Part shown: in pieces, positions 23,783-36,616 of the stretch
Layout: each line of letters begins with the position of its first letter
Position numbering within the stretch: the first letter of the stretch is position 1
Assembly: GCA_002269645.1 (NCBI GenBank)
Contig: NIVC01000284.1
Location: 248,001-312,000 of the forward strand
Source of the DNA: Macrostomum lignano
Taxonomy: Eukaryota
Direction: 5' to 3'
Length of the DNA stretch: 64,000 nucleotides
The notes under the pieces: model-generated
Databases searched by the model: none
The model's input: the letters and a program-made list of their open reading frames with translations, nothing else
What the model was told of the DNA's origin: nothing
Made by a program: the position numbers and the translations under genes

Positions 23783-24784
23783 CTTCGGGTGTGTCATAAG
23801 TAATGTCACTGCAGGCTTCTGTCTAAAATATGTAGGCACATGGACTTGTGGGTAGCGTAGCTGCAAAGTATACTTAGTGAAGCAATACCAGTGCATTTGA
23901 GACGTGCATAGGTTGTTTATGGCCCAAGCTATTGCAAGAATACGCCAAGCAGATTTAGCAAGTGCTTAAAATCACTGGGTGCTAAAGTGCTAAAAAAAAG
24001 TGCGAGAAATCGTCTATGCAGCGAACAAAAATCACCATGAATCTCGACAAGACGCCTGCATCAAGCAGATCCGCAAGGTGTTCAGCAGGCGGGGCTTGAA
24101 TGACATCCTAAACTGCCTGGTTGCTGAGGATGAAAGCTGGCTCCACCTGGATGGCAAGGGCAGCAAGGCAGACAATCGCTGCTGGCTGGGAGCTGGGGAC
24201 TCCAGGGCGACTGTGACCAGGAAGTCCATCTTGGACAAGAAGACCATGCTGCTGGTAGCCTTCACGCCAAATGAACGAGTCTCCATCTGCACAACTCCAC
24301 CGAACACCAAAGTCGATGGCCAGTATTTTATCGACTTTATCCGGCACACTGGAGACCTCTGGCGCAATCTCCGGTCAAATCCATGTCACCTGGACGAGGT
24401 TCTGTGGCAGATGGACACCGCACGGCCGCACACCTGTAAGGCTTTTTCGAATTTTCTGCCTGCATGGCGAGTGAATCTGCTCTGACAGAGTCCCTACAGC
24501 CCGGACTTCAACTTGTGCAAGAGATTCCTGTTCAAATGGCTGAAGGCTGACTTTTCCAAGAAGAGTTTCGCAAACCATAAAGAGGTCAAACAGGCCGCGT
24601 TGCACTGGTTACGGCAGTTGGAGGAAAAACACCTGCAGGCTGAGGTGGACAAGCTGTATGAGCACTGCCAGAGGGTGATTGATGTTGGGGGACTCTATGT
24701 TGTTGAGTGGTACAGTTTTGTTCATCTGCGATTGCAAGTTCGTCTGTTTTCACATCAGTGACATTACTTATGACACACCCGAAG
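23783..24784 (+). mobile_element. Mariner (Tc1/mariner) DNA transposon, internally deleted and inactive
   Basis: Perfect 29-bp TIRs CTTCGGGTGTGTCATAAGTAATGTCACTG (23783-23811 and 24756-24784); TA duplications at 23781-82 and 24785-86. Confidence 0.95.
24000..24761 (+). pseudogene. Mariner transposase pseudogene (catalytic domain)
   Basis: Motifs VAEDESW, QMDTARPH and SPYSPDFNLCKRFLF, with 34 residues between the second Asp and the third catalytic position (now Lys). In-frame TGA at 24483-85; N-terminal HTH and WVP motif degraded. Confidence 0.92.
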
Positions 24785-25399
24785 TATTTGTCCTTCCTTT
24801 GTCCTTCCTTTTTCCTGCTCTTTCTATCTTTCTCTCGCTCTCTCGCATCCCCACCCTCTTATCAGTTTCCTCTATTCTCAATCTTTCAAATTCCCCTTTT
24901 CTTCTCAAAAAGCATTAGTCTCTCGTGCCCCTGTCACCAGTTCAAGTCATACACCATCACATTGAAGCACAGCTGATAATGAAGCTCTCAAAAAATGTTA
25001 TCATCGACAAGACGATGACTGACTCATTCCACTCATCGTAGCAAAATGAGCTGGCTCGTTATAAATTTAAAAATAATCAGAATGTGATCGAGTTTTATCA
25101 GTTGGAGAAATCTTTGGATTAAAATTCATCCCTAGATAATTGCTTAGACGATTTTTCTAAGACGATTTCAACTGCAATTTGAGTCAATAAAGATTGCGTA
25201 ACAAACCGATAAATCAGTCAGAATTGAGGGCAGCGTGTGGGATATTGACTTTCAAAAGAATCTTTTGAGTCATTTCTGAGTCTACCGCTGTTAGCCTTTG
25301 AAATTGATTTTAGAGTCAAGATTTCGAAGTCAGTCAAAAAATCAAGACATGGGAAACGTTTAAGGCGAAGCCAGCGTTTTGATATCCTAAGCTGCTTGC

Positions 25400-26367
25400 A
25401 TCTGACACAGAAAATCGTCAGAAATCGCTGACACAGAATATTGTCAGCATCTCTCTGACACAGAATATTGTCAGCATCTCTCTGACACAGAATACTGTCA
25501 GCATCTCTCTGACACTGAATATTGTCAGCATCTCTCTCACACTGAATATTGTGAGCATCTCTCTGACACTGAATATTGTCAGCATCTCTCTGACACAGAA
25601 TATTGTCAGCATCTCTCTGACACAGAATATTGTCAGCATCTCTCTGACACAGAATATTGTCGGCATCTCTGACAGAATATTGTCAGCAAATCTGACACAG
25701 AATATTTTCGGCATCTCTGACAGAATATTGTAAGCAAATCTGACACAGAATATTGTCAGCATCTCTGACAGAAGATTTTCAGCATATCTGACACAGAATA
25801 ATGTCAGCATTTCTCTGACACAGAATAATGTCAGCATCTCTCTGACACAGAATACTGTCAGCATCTCTCTGACACTGAATATTGTCAGCATCTCTCTGAC
25901 ACAGAATATTGTCAGCATCTCTCTGACACAGAATACTGTCAGCATCTCTCTGACACAGAATATTGTCAGCATCTCTCTGACACAGAATATTGTCAGCATC
26001 TCTCTGACACTGAATATTGTCAGCATCTCTCTGACACTGAATATTGTCAGCATCTCTCTGACACTGAATATTGTCAGCATCTCTCTGACACAGAATATTG
26101 TCGGCATCTCTGACAGAATATTGTCAGCAAATCTGACACAGAATATTTTCGGCATCTCTGACAGAATATTGTAAGCAAATCTGACACAGAATATTGTCAG
26201 CATCTCTGACAGAAGATTTTCAGCATATCTGACACAGAATACTGTCAGCATTTCTCTGACACAGAATACTGTCAGCATTTCTCTGACACAGAATAATGTC
26301 AGCATCTCTCTGACACAGAATACTGTCAGCATCTCTCTGACACTGAATATTGTCAGCATCTCTGACA
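25400..26367. repeat. 27-bp minisatellite (TGACACAGAATATTGTCAGCATCTCTC)n with higher-order structure
   Basis: Period 27; a block of variant units recurs at 25661 and 26102 (period 441). Confidence 0.96.
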
Positions 26368-26904
26368 GAAAAGACCGTCAGTTTTTCTAGCATCTAAACC
26401 TACAAATTTTCAATTAAAAAAACTGTTTTAACGAAAAAATCCTCTAAAAAGCCAAACCCATTCATTACCATAATGCAATTCACTGTCACGAAACTATACA
26501 GCTGTGACTTTAACAGAAAGTACCCAATTTTAGATGCAAAAACGTGTGCCAATCTTTTGATACAATTTAATTTAGTTAAACAAAAATTCAATTCTGTTGT
26601 ACCGGTTTTAGTTTGGGTTATTTTGATACAAATTTCTTGAAGTGTTGTGCCGACAGAGAGTCAAGGTTGTTATACCGATCGGATACACTTGAGACTCGAC
26701 ATTTTTTACCGAGCGTAACATGAATGCGTTTAAAGTACGCTCGTAGTTGACAATTATATATATAAGCTTTTCCAACTTCCTCAAACTGTCAAATAATTCA
26801 GTAAAACTGACTCCAGTCACTTGATAGCATATAATTTTTTCCATCGCCTCTTTCTTGTTTAATTTCTGCAGTTGGAATAGAAAATTCAAAATTTACCAAA
26901 ACAC

Positions 26905-27360
26905 CAAAGGGCGCCAAGGGGCGCCAAGCACCAAGGGGGGCAAAGCACCAAGGGGCGCCAAGCACCAAGGGGCGCCAAGCACCAAGGGGGGCAAAGCACC
27001 AAGGGGCGCCAAGCACCAAGGGGCGCCAAGCACCAAGGGGGGCAAAACACCAAGGGGCGCAAAGCACCAAGGGGCGCCAAGCACCAAGGGGCGCCAAGCA
27101 CCAAGGGGCGCCAAGCACCAAGGGGTGCCAAGCACCAAGGGGCGCCAAGCACCAAGGGGCGCCAAGCACCAAGGGGCGCCAAGCACCAAGGGGCGCCAAG
27201 CACCAAGGGGCGCCAAGCACCAAGGGGCGCCAAGCACCAAGGGGCGCCAAGCACCAAGGGGCGCCAAGCACCAAGGGGCGCCAAGCACCAAGGGGCGCCA
27301 AGCACCAAGGGGCGCCAAGCACCAAGGGGCGCCAAGCACCAAGGGGCGCCAAGCACCAAG
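26905..27360. repeat. 17-bp GGCGCC minisatellite, inverted relative to 7593-8579
   Basis: (CAAGGGGCGCCAAGCAC)n is the reverse complement of the 7.6-kb unit. Confidence 0.97.
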
Positions 27361-27950
27361 GAGAGTCAAACGGGCCACCCTGGCGCAAGAAAACGGTTTC
27401 CCTACCATGGCAATGTCCCATTTTATGCAAATCGCACAGCTAAAGGGATAAATTCCAGAGCAATACAATAATTATTATGGAATGGATGGCTGCGCTCGCA
27501 AGGTTTTATTAGACAGACGAAACAATTTTCTAAAATGGCAAAATACATGCAAGCATCATAATAAGATATTTATAGATAGGTTAAGTAGTCGAACAAATAC
27601 TTTTATGGCCACCTGATAGCCATTTCGCTACAACGATTAATACTTGGACCAAAACTTTATTGCAGCGTCGCATTCCACGAACTTTATAGCGATCGTTTAA
27701 AAGTGCATGAAATTTTTGTGTTTTGACATTTTTATACCTTTTACGCTTTTAGCTACGCTTAAACCTACGTCAAACCTACGAAAAAATGTCTAGGAAAAAA
27801 AATTCAACTTGCTACTTTACTATATATTCTGTAGTAGTTTTTGTAGAATTTGAACGATATTTTTATTAATATTTAAAAAGTAGACACATGGTTTTTAACT
27901 GCACTTTGAAAAAAAATAGGCAAGTATATTTGAATGTCTATCTATAATAA

Positions 27951-28730
27951 TCTCTACATATAAAAATCAAAACTCTGTGTGTGTGTGTGTGTGTGGACAA
28001 TTTTGATCGCTATGGACTCTCAAACTGCTCAACCAAATGACACCAAACTTTACACCCACCCTAAACTTACTACGGAGAATGTCTTAGGCTACCTTTAAAT
28101 TTCCTAGACTCAAGTCTTCCTACCTAAAAGTACAAAAAACTGCTCAAAATGCGCGATTTTTTCACTTAATCCTCCATAGCGCCGCTCCACTTCTACCGAT
28201 TCTCTTCAAATTTGACACAGATAATCTTAAACTATTTTGGCACAATCATGTAAACTTTTGAGTCTCAAAGTTAATCCTGAGCGGTGCTGTGCACTTTTAA
28301 AGTTAGGCTGTTTTTTTCAGCGTAGCAACCACCCCAACCTCCGCCCGCCTGCCTCTCTTTCCCGATCTGGGCCCAGATGTGTAAAAGGGTTTCAAATTTG
28401 ACTAACTTTCAGCTGCCATAAGTTTGCTTCACGTGAAGCGATTGACTTCAAATTTGACACAATTCTTCATTGACTCATTCTCTGCCTACATGTAAAGTTT
28501 CAACTCTGTAACTCAACCAAAAAAGAAACTGTAAGCATGTGAAGTTTGTCTGCTTTTTCTGTTGTTTGCCGCTCATCCAACTCATTCCCCCAGACGAAGG
28601 ATCAGGCGATAGGGCTCAATGTACATAGCGAGTGTACAGTGTTTTGGAATAACTTTTTAATAGCCTTCTCTGTACCCCCGCGAGTGGAGAGGCGTTGAGA
28701 GAAGAGAGTTTAGCGAGAGATTCAATCTAC
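27951..28730 (+). mobile_element. Non-autonomous Helitron-like element
   Basis: A|TCTCTACATATAAAAATCAAAACTCTG(TG)n 5' end; AACCAAATGACACCAAACTTT and repeated TTCAAATTTGACAC motifs of Lep1-like Helitrons; degenerate 3' end ...GCGAGAGATTCAATCTAC|T. Confidence 0.55.
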
Positions 28731-29097
28731 TGTCCTCTGTATAGACAAGTCGCAGCAGTTAAACAAGGATGGCAAATCAAAGCGATGTGGGATGGTTTAT
28801 AAAAATAGCGAAAAATTAATGAATAACTGATTACAATGCAATCCTACTAAATTAGTTACACCATGAAAATTTTAACATTAAGATTCGCATAAGGTAACTT
28901 TAAAATTTAAATGGCCTCCTAAGAAATGCGTATTTCCTTGGTTGTTAGACTGGTGCAGACTGTGGTGGTGGAGCTGGAGAATGGAGATACACAAATTCCT
29001 CTCAGGGCTGCTAATTGGCCAGAAAGATGACGTGATTAAAGCATGAGAAATGATAACAACCATGATAGTACTACGTTCCATGATAGTACTTTCGAAG

Positions 29098-29921
29098 CAG
29101 GGATTGGCAGATTTTTATCTCAAAGGCCAGATAAAGAATCCAGCTCATGGCTGCGGGCCAGATGAGAGTGAAAAGGAAAAGTGGTGAGGAGAGAGCAGAG
29201 AAGAAGGGAGGAAGAAGCGAGAGGAGGGGAGAAAGGAGGGAGAGGAAAGAGTAAAGCTGAGAAGAGGGGAGAGATGAGACAGAGGATCGATGAGAGAGGA
29301 GAGTAGAGAAGATTGAGAAGAGAGTAGAGATGAGAGAGCAGAAAGAAGATGACAGAGGGTCAAGAGGAGAGGAGAGATTAGAGAGGAGAGAGTAGAAAGG
29401 ATAGAGAAGAGAGGAGATAAGAGGGGGAGAGAGGAGTGAGAAGAGAAGAGATAGAGATAAGAGAGTGGTGAAAGAAGAGGGGAGAAAGGAGAGATGAGAG
29501 AGTAAAGGGAAGAGGAGGAGAGAGGAAAGAGATGAGATTGTAGAGATGAGACAGATGAAAGAAGAGATGAGAGATGAAAAAGGTGAGAGGAGAGTGCAGA
29601 GAGACGAGAGAAGATAATAGAGGAGAGAGAGTATAGTAGAGGGAAGAGAAAAGAAGAAAGGAGTAAGGAAAGATAGGAGTCAGAAGAGGTGAAAGAGAAG
29701 AGTACAGAGGAGATAAGTGAGAGAACGTATAAGAGAGTAAAGATGACAGATGAGAGAGCAGATTAACAGACGAGAGATGGGAGAGTAGAGAGAACAGAGG
29801 AGAGATTAGAGAGAAGAGATTACAGAGACTAGAGGAGAGAGGAGAGACAGGGAGAGAGAAGAGGAAGTAGGAGAATGAAGAGGGGAGAGAGTAGAGAGGA
29901 GAAGAGAGATGGGAGTGGAGA

Positions 29922-29994
<73 letters not shown>

Positions 29995-30600
29995 CAGAGC
30001 AGAGAGAAACGAGAAGAGATAAGAGAGAAAAGATAAAAGAAGAGAAAGGAGAGATGAAAGAGCGGACGAGAGAGAAGAGAGGTGAGGGAAGAGACGAGCG
30101 ACGAGGGGAGAGAGAAGAGATAAAACAAGAAAAGAGATGAGAGGAAAGAGGTGAGGGAAGAGACGAGAGAAGAGGGGAGAGAGAAGAGATAAAACAAGAA
30201 AAGAGATGAGAGGAAAGAGAGAGAGGAAAGAGGTGAGGGAAGAGACGAGAGAAGAGGGGAGAGAGGAAAGAGTAGAGAGGAGAGATGAGAGAGTAGAGGA
30301 GAGAGTTAAGAGAAGAGAGAAAAGAATAGAAAGGAGAAGGAATATGAGAGAAGAGGGGGTGAGAGGAGAGAGGAGAGGAGAGAGAAAAGAAGAGACAAGA
30401 GATGAGATAAGAGAGATGAAAGAGAAGAGAGATGAGGGAAGATACGAGAGAAAAGGGGAGAGAGGAGAGAGGAGAGACGAGAGACGAGGGACGAGAGAGA
30501 TGAGAGGAAACAAAGAGACGATAAAAATTTTAAAGGATCCAAGGGACGTAGGGAGAGTCAGGGAGAGACCAGAGTTTAGCAATATATGTTTTAGAGTCAG
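29098..30600. mobile_element. Inverted, degenerate copy of the hAT/Charlie-type MITE with a ~1.35-kb GA-rich core
   Basis: CAGGGATTGGCAGATTTTT...AAAGGCCAGA at 29098 and TAAAGGATCCAAGGG near 30535 mirror the ends of 12331-13118. Confidence 0.6.
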
Positions 30601-31174
30601 ACAGACATTGCCTGACATTCTGCGCAGTACCCCAGCCAACAATGTCTCAAACCCTAATTTTACACGAATGTGCTCCATTTTATGTCTACCTCTATCCTAC
30701 TAACTATTAACAAGTTTTTGTTTGTGTATGGCATGGAGGGAGCATGCATAGAATACATGCAAAAGTAGTTCCGGGTATTGGAATTCCCCGGGTTCAAAAT
30801 CCGCGGGTTTCAACAGCTTGTACAATATAACGAAAACTTCGCACATAAACAAAACGATTTATTTGTTTAAAAGTTTATATTTTTACAGAAACTAAAATTA
30901 AGAAAATGAATATGAGCTTTAAAGATAAAATTTATATTGGCTCAGCAGAGAAATCAAAGGCACACGTGGGTAAAGGCACAAGTAAAGTCGTGGAAAGTCG
31001 TGACAAGGAAAAATGATTTTAGATTATATATATTTATTAGCTGCAAGCGAATACAGGTATGAATTATGGTAGATCAAAACGATTACAGATAATGAGAAAT
31101 TTAATATATGAAATTTGAAATTTAAGTTTCAACAAAATACAGTGCTCGTAATTAAAACTTTCCAGTATCATATT

Positions 31175-31420
31175 AACAGGGTCGACCCTTGGGTCCTTTG
31201 CAACTTCACAATAGCAATCCGGCCTCTGTTCTCAGCTCTCACTTTTTTCTTATCCCATCTCTTCCCTTTCCCTCTTCTCTCTCATCCCATCTCTCTCGTC
31301 TCTCCCCCCCTCTCCTATTTCCTTCTCCCATCTACCTTCTCACCTCTCTTTTCTCTCCATTAGCTAGTCTGCGCTAGACTTAATATGACATCTGGCCCCC
31401 AAATTAAAACAAGTTTGTGG
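31175..31420. mobile_element. Truncated copy of the hAT/Charlie-type MITE
   Basis: GGGTCCTTTGCAACTTCACAATAGCAATCCGGC, a short CT core and GCGCTAG...ATCTGGCCC are all shared with 12331-13118. Confidence 0.6.
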
Positions 31421-31787
31421 ACAAGTTTGTGTGACAATTTATAATATTATCTTGTCAAGGCTGAACACGAAACAAAACGCTAAAAAATCACTTTAAATCA
31501 AATGGAACATATTTTACACCGAAAAAAATTAAACAATAATACAACAGCGATTTAATTAAAAAAAATCAAACAAAAACAAATTTAAACAAAGTTCACATTA
31601 TTCAACAAAAAAACTGAAAAAATCAGGAAAGTTGTGAAACGAAAGTAAGAGGACGAATTAATAATTTGCTGACATGCGTTTGAAATACATTTAATTTATC
31701 ACGGCTGTTTCACTAAATATCCGGAAGTGTCAAATTCTAAGTAAAAAATGTACGTAACTTTTGTTTCGTTAAAGAGCTTCGAGATCT

Positions 31788-31931
31788 TTATTTCCGTTCA
31801 AACCGGAAAGTATAGAGCCGGTTACCTGAGCACACTGACAGCTTGGCTGGCTTGCGTGAGTCGGAGCTGTCTGGGAGCAGAGGAGCGACCGAGTACACAC
31901 CCTTGGGCAGGTCGGAGACACTGGCAACCAT
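31788..31931 (-). CDS. WD40-repeat protein, last exon (exon 4); not in the ORF track
   Basis: Acceptor acctcaacag at 31932; phase 0; MVASVSDLPKGVYSVAP...LSVCSGNRLYTFRFERK, TAA at 31790-88. Confidence 0.8.
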   Translation of the reverse strand: MVASVSDLPKGVYSVAPLLPDSSDSRKPAKLSVCSGNRLYTFRFERK

Positions 31932-32069
31932 CTGTTGAGGTTCGGTTGTTTCATTTTAACAAATATATTTTTTCTGAGTTTGAAATGTAACGTGATTTTC
32001 ATATGTATTTTAGAATCAAATTCAGACTTTAGATTATATGTTAACCTGAACATGCAGGGACAGAGTATC

Positions 32070-32522
32070 ACCTGTTAGACAGGGAAGAGCCACAGCTGTT
32101 AGACAGGGGGTAGTGCCACACCTGTTAGACAGGGAAGAGTTCCACCTGTTAAACAGGGCAGAGTGCTACCTGTTAGACAGGGAATACAGTCACCTGTTAG
32201 ACAGGGGATAGTGTCTCACCTGTTAGACAGGGAATACAGTCACCTGTTAGACAGGGGATAGTGTCTCACCTGTTAGACAGGGGATAGTGTCACACCTGTT
32301 AGACAGGGGATAGTGTCACACCTGTTAGACAGGGGATAGTGTCACACCTGTTAGACGGGGAATAGTGTCACACCTGTTAGACGGGGAATACAGTCACCTG
32401 TTAGACAGGGGATAGTGTCTCACCTGTTAGACAGGGGATAGTGTCACACCTGTTAGACAGGGGATAGTGTCACACCTGTTAGACAGGGGATAGTGTCACA
32501 CCTGTTAGACAGGGGATAGTGT
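32070..32522. repeat. 26-bp minisatellite, same unit and orientation as 485-1313, in WD40 intron 3
   Basis: ACACCTGTTAGACAGGGGATAGTGTC units. Confidence 0.96.
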
Positions 32523-33091
32523 GATGAGAAGGTGATAGAAGGCCCAGTCTCTTTCTTAGCTGACTGTATGAAGCGGTATTTTCAAACTTTTTCTAATTAA
32601 AGCAACAAAGCAAAACTACTGCAGCGGTCTCAGAAATGAAACTCTGTCAATTGAAAAAGGCTGTAAAAGTATTCACCCTGTTTTAGCTCATATTACTATG
32701 CAAATTCTGACCCTAAGTTTTTAGTTAGCAGTTTTCAATAAATTAGACAATTCCAAACTCAAAAAGCATTTTGGCTCAACTCTATAAGATGAAACTGGAG
32801 AGAAATGAAATTTCACATCAGATGTAGATTTATTTCTAAGAAAGCTCAGGCTCTTTGCATAATGCGAAGGCACGTATTTGTGAAACCCGAGAATTTTCAT
32901 GCTTGAGAATATTAGACTCAGTTGAGGCAATACGCGGTTTGTTGCCACACAAGACAGCACCCACGATATGGTTTATTGTTGTGTCAAAATTAGACAAGAA
33001 AAACTCCGTGAGAAATTACATTTCAGAGACAGCTTGCTAGAGTTTGGACGCAAATGTCAAAAATTATTAAATTTTAAGACGAGATAAGCCG

Positions 33092-34670
33092 AGGAACACA
33101 GTGAGATAAACGTTGAGACACACAGTGAGATAAACATTGAGACACACAGTGAGATAAACATTGAGACACACAGTGAGATAAACATTGAGACACACAGTGA
33201 GATAAACATTGAGACACACAGTGAGATAAACATTGAGACACACAGTGAGATAAACATTGAGACACACAGTGAGATAAACATTGAGACACACAGTGAGATA
33301 AACATTGAGACACACAGTGAGATAAACATTGAGACACACAAGTGAGATTAACATTGAGACACACAGTGAGATAAACATTGAGACACACAGTGAGATAAAC
33401 ATTGAGACACACAGTGAGATAAACATTGAGACACACAGTGAGATAAACATTGAGACACACAGTGAGATAAACATTGAGACACACAGTGAGATAAACATTG
33501 AGACACACAGTGAGATAAACATTGAGACACACAAGTGAGATTAACATTGAGACACACAGTGAGATAAACATTGAGACACACAGTGAGATAAACATTGAGA
33601 CACACAGTAAGATAAACATTGAGACACAGTGAGATAAACATTGAGACACACAGTGAGATAAACATTGAGACACACAGTGAGATAAACACTGAGACACACA
33701 GTGAGACAAACATTGAGACACACAGTGAAATAAACACTGAGACACACAGTGAGATAAACATTGAGACACACAGTGAGATAAGCATTGAGACACACAGTGA
33801 GACAAACATTGAGACACACAGTGAGATAAACATTGAAACACACAGTGAGATAAACATTGAGACACACAGTGAGATAAAACATTGAGACACAGTGAGATAA
33901 ACATTGAAACACACAGTGAGATAAACATTGAGACACACAGTGAGATAAACATTGAGACACACAGTGAGATAAACATTGAGACACACAGTGAGATAAACAT
34001 TGAGACACACAGTGAGATAAACATTGAGACACAGTGAGATAAACATTGAGACACACAGTGAGATAAACATTGAGACACACAGTGAGATAAACACTGAGAC
34101 ACACAGTGAGATATACATTGAGACACACAGTGAGATATACATTGAGACACACAGTGAGATAAACACTGAGACACACAGTGAGATATACATTGAGACACAC
34201 AGTGAGATATACATTGAGACACACAGTGAGATAAACACTGAGACACACAGTGAGATAAATATTAAGACACACAGTGAGATAAACATTGAGACACACAGTG
34301 AGATAAACATTGAGACACACAGTGAGATAAACATTGAGACACACAGTGAGATAAACATTGAGACACACAGTGAGATAAACATTGAGACACACAGTGAGAT
34401 AAACACTGAGACACACAGTGAGATAAACATTGAGACACACAGTGAGATAAAAATTGAGACACAGTGAGATAAACATTGAGACACAGTGAGATGAACATTG
34501 AGACACAGTGAGATAAACATTGAGACACAGTTAGATGAACATTGAGACACAGTGAGATAAACATTGAGACACAGTGAGATAAACATTGAGACACAGTGAG
34601 ATAAACATTGAGACACACAGTGAGATAAACACTGAGACACACAGTGAGATAAATATTAAGACACAGTGAG
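33092..34670. repeat. 24-bp minisatellite (AGTGAGATAAACATTGAGACACAC)n, about 65 units; partial second copy at 38369-38887
   Basis: Period 24 (8-aa repeats in the ORF track). Confidence 0.98.
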
Positions 34671-34714
34671 TCATACCAAGACTCAAACAAAGATTAACTA
34701 ATGCATAATCTCAC

Positions 34715-34936
34715 ATTAAGCGTGCCTCTGTCGACAATTTTGAGCAGGTTTGCATTGCTCCCCGCGAACAGCATGTACTGATCGCCCAGCCACTGGGCCA
34801 CATAGCCCATGGACGGTGCGGTCAGCGGGTCCTGTTGAAGTTCACCCAGCGGACGGCCTTTCAGCATGTCCTCTTGGACGCCAAGCTCGTCCAGGTCAAC
34901 GCGGCCTCTGGCGGCTTCGTCTTGAAATTTCCATAC
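34715..34936 (-). CDS. WD40-repeat protein exon 3 (left copy); not in the ORF track
   Basis: Acceptor tttaccag and donor AAT|gtgaga; 222 nt, phase 0-0; VWKFQDEAARG...YVAQWLGDQYMLFAGSNANLLKIVDRGTLN. Confidence 0.85.
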
Positions 34937-34967
34937 CTGGTAAAGATTGTATATTGGATCATGGAGG

Positions 34968-35360
34968 TCACGCTTGGGTCATGGAGTAGGTCACGCTTGG
35001 GTCATGGAGTAAGTCACGCTTGGGTCATGGAGTAGGTCACGCTTGGGTCATGGAGTAAGTCACGCTTGGGTCATGGAGTAGGTCACGCTTGGGTCAAGGA
35101 GTAGGTCACGCTTGGGTCATGGAGTAGGTCACGCTTGGGTCATGGAGTAGGTCACGCTTGGGTCATGGAATAGGTCACGCTTGGGTCATGGAGTAAGTAA
35201 TGCTTGGGTCATGGATTAGGTCACGCTTGGGTCATGGAGTAGGTCACGCTTGGGTCATGGAGTAGGTCACGCTTGGGTCATGGAGTAAGTAATGCTTGGG
35301 TCATGGATTAGGTCACGCTTGGGTCGTGGAGTAGGTCACGCTTGGGTCATTGAGTAGGTC
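34968..35360. repeat. 23-bp minisatellite (GGGTCATGGAGTAGGTCACGCTT)n; duplicate at 39185-39577
   Basis: Period 23; begins about 30 bp from the exon 3 acceptor. Confidence 0.96.
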
Positions 35361-35889
35361 ATTACATGTGCTTAAGTCAGATGAGTTTATACACAATAAC
35401 ACACAGACCGGCTATCAAGTACTAAAGATGAAAAATATTGTCACAAAAAATTCAGAATGAAACCAAAATGTCTTCTCAACTATCAAGAACAGACTAAACC
35501 AAAAATGTAGAAAGATTCAATCATAAAACCCCAAATCTACCGAATAGGGTAATAAATGTGAGTACAGTTTTGGCAAAATGTGTTTTTTACCGCTAATTTT
35601 ATCACACTTGTTATCTGTGCACTGCTAATCGCGCTGTGAGTCACAACACCTTTTTGTGGAAGGCTATGCAGTGTCAGTCAGTCAGTTAAAGTTGCACATT
35701 TTATAACAAGATTGACAAGCTTCAAATACCACTGAGGAAATGACGATCTCAGAGGTAAATTTTTGATGCACATTTTCAATGTCAAGGACGTTGAACTTTA
35801 TCGATAAACATTGTTTCACACGTTGTGTAGCATTTTTCAAAAATTACTTTACTTCTATTTTTATTAATTGCAATCAGTGAGCAGGATTC

Positions 35890-36592
35890 GGAGAATGCAG
35901 GGTCAGAGAATGCAGGGTCAGAGAATGCAGGGTCAGAGAATGCAGGGTCAGAGAATGCAGGGTCAGAGAATGCAGGGTCAGAGAATGCAGGGTCAGAGAA
36001 TGCAGGGTCAGAGAATGCAGGGTCACAGAATGCAGGGTCAGAGAATGCAGGGTCAGAGAATGCAGGGTCAGAGAATGCAGGGTCAGAGAATGCAGGGTCA
36101 GAGAATGCAGGGTCAGAGAATGCAGGGTCAGAGATGAATGCAGGGTCAGAAAATGCAGAGTCAGAGAATGCAGGGTCAGAGAATGCAGGGTCAGAGAATG
36201 CGGGGTCAGAGAATGCAGGGTAAGAGAATGCAGGGTAAGAGAATGCAGGGTCAGAGAATGCAGGGTAAGAGAATGCAGGGTCAGAGAATGCAGGGTCAGA
36301 GAATGCAGGGTCAGAGAATGCAGGGTCAGAGAATGCAGGGTCAGAGATGAATGCAGGGTCAGAGAATGCAGGGTCAGAGAATGCAGGGTCAGAGAATGCA
36401 GGGTAAGAGAATGCAGGGTCAGAGAATGCAGGGTAAGAGAATGCAGGGTCAGAGAATGCAGGGTCAGAGATGAATGCAGGGTCAGAGAATGCAGAGTCAG
36501 AGAATGCAGGGTCAGAGAATGCAGGGTCAGAGAATGCAGGGTCAGAGAATGCAGGGTCAGAGAATGCAGGGTCAGAGAATGCAGGGTCAGAG
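35890..36592. repeat. 15-bp minisatellite (GAGAATGCAGGGTCA)n; duplicate at 40107-40809
   Basis: Period 15; ends about 25 bp from the exon 2 donor. Confidence 0.97.
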
Positions 36593-36616
36593 ATCCAAAT
36601 GCATTCCACAGCTTAC

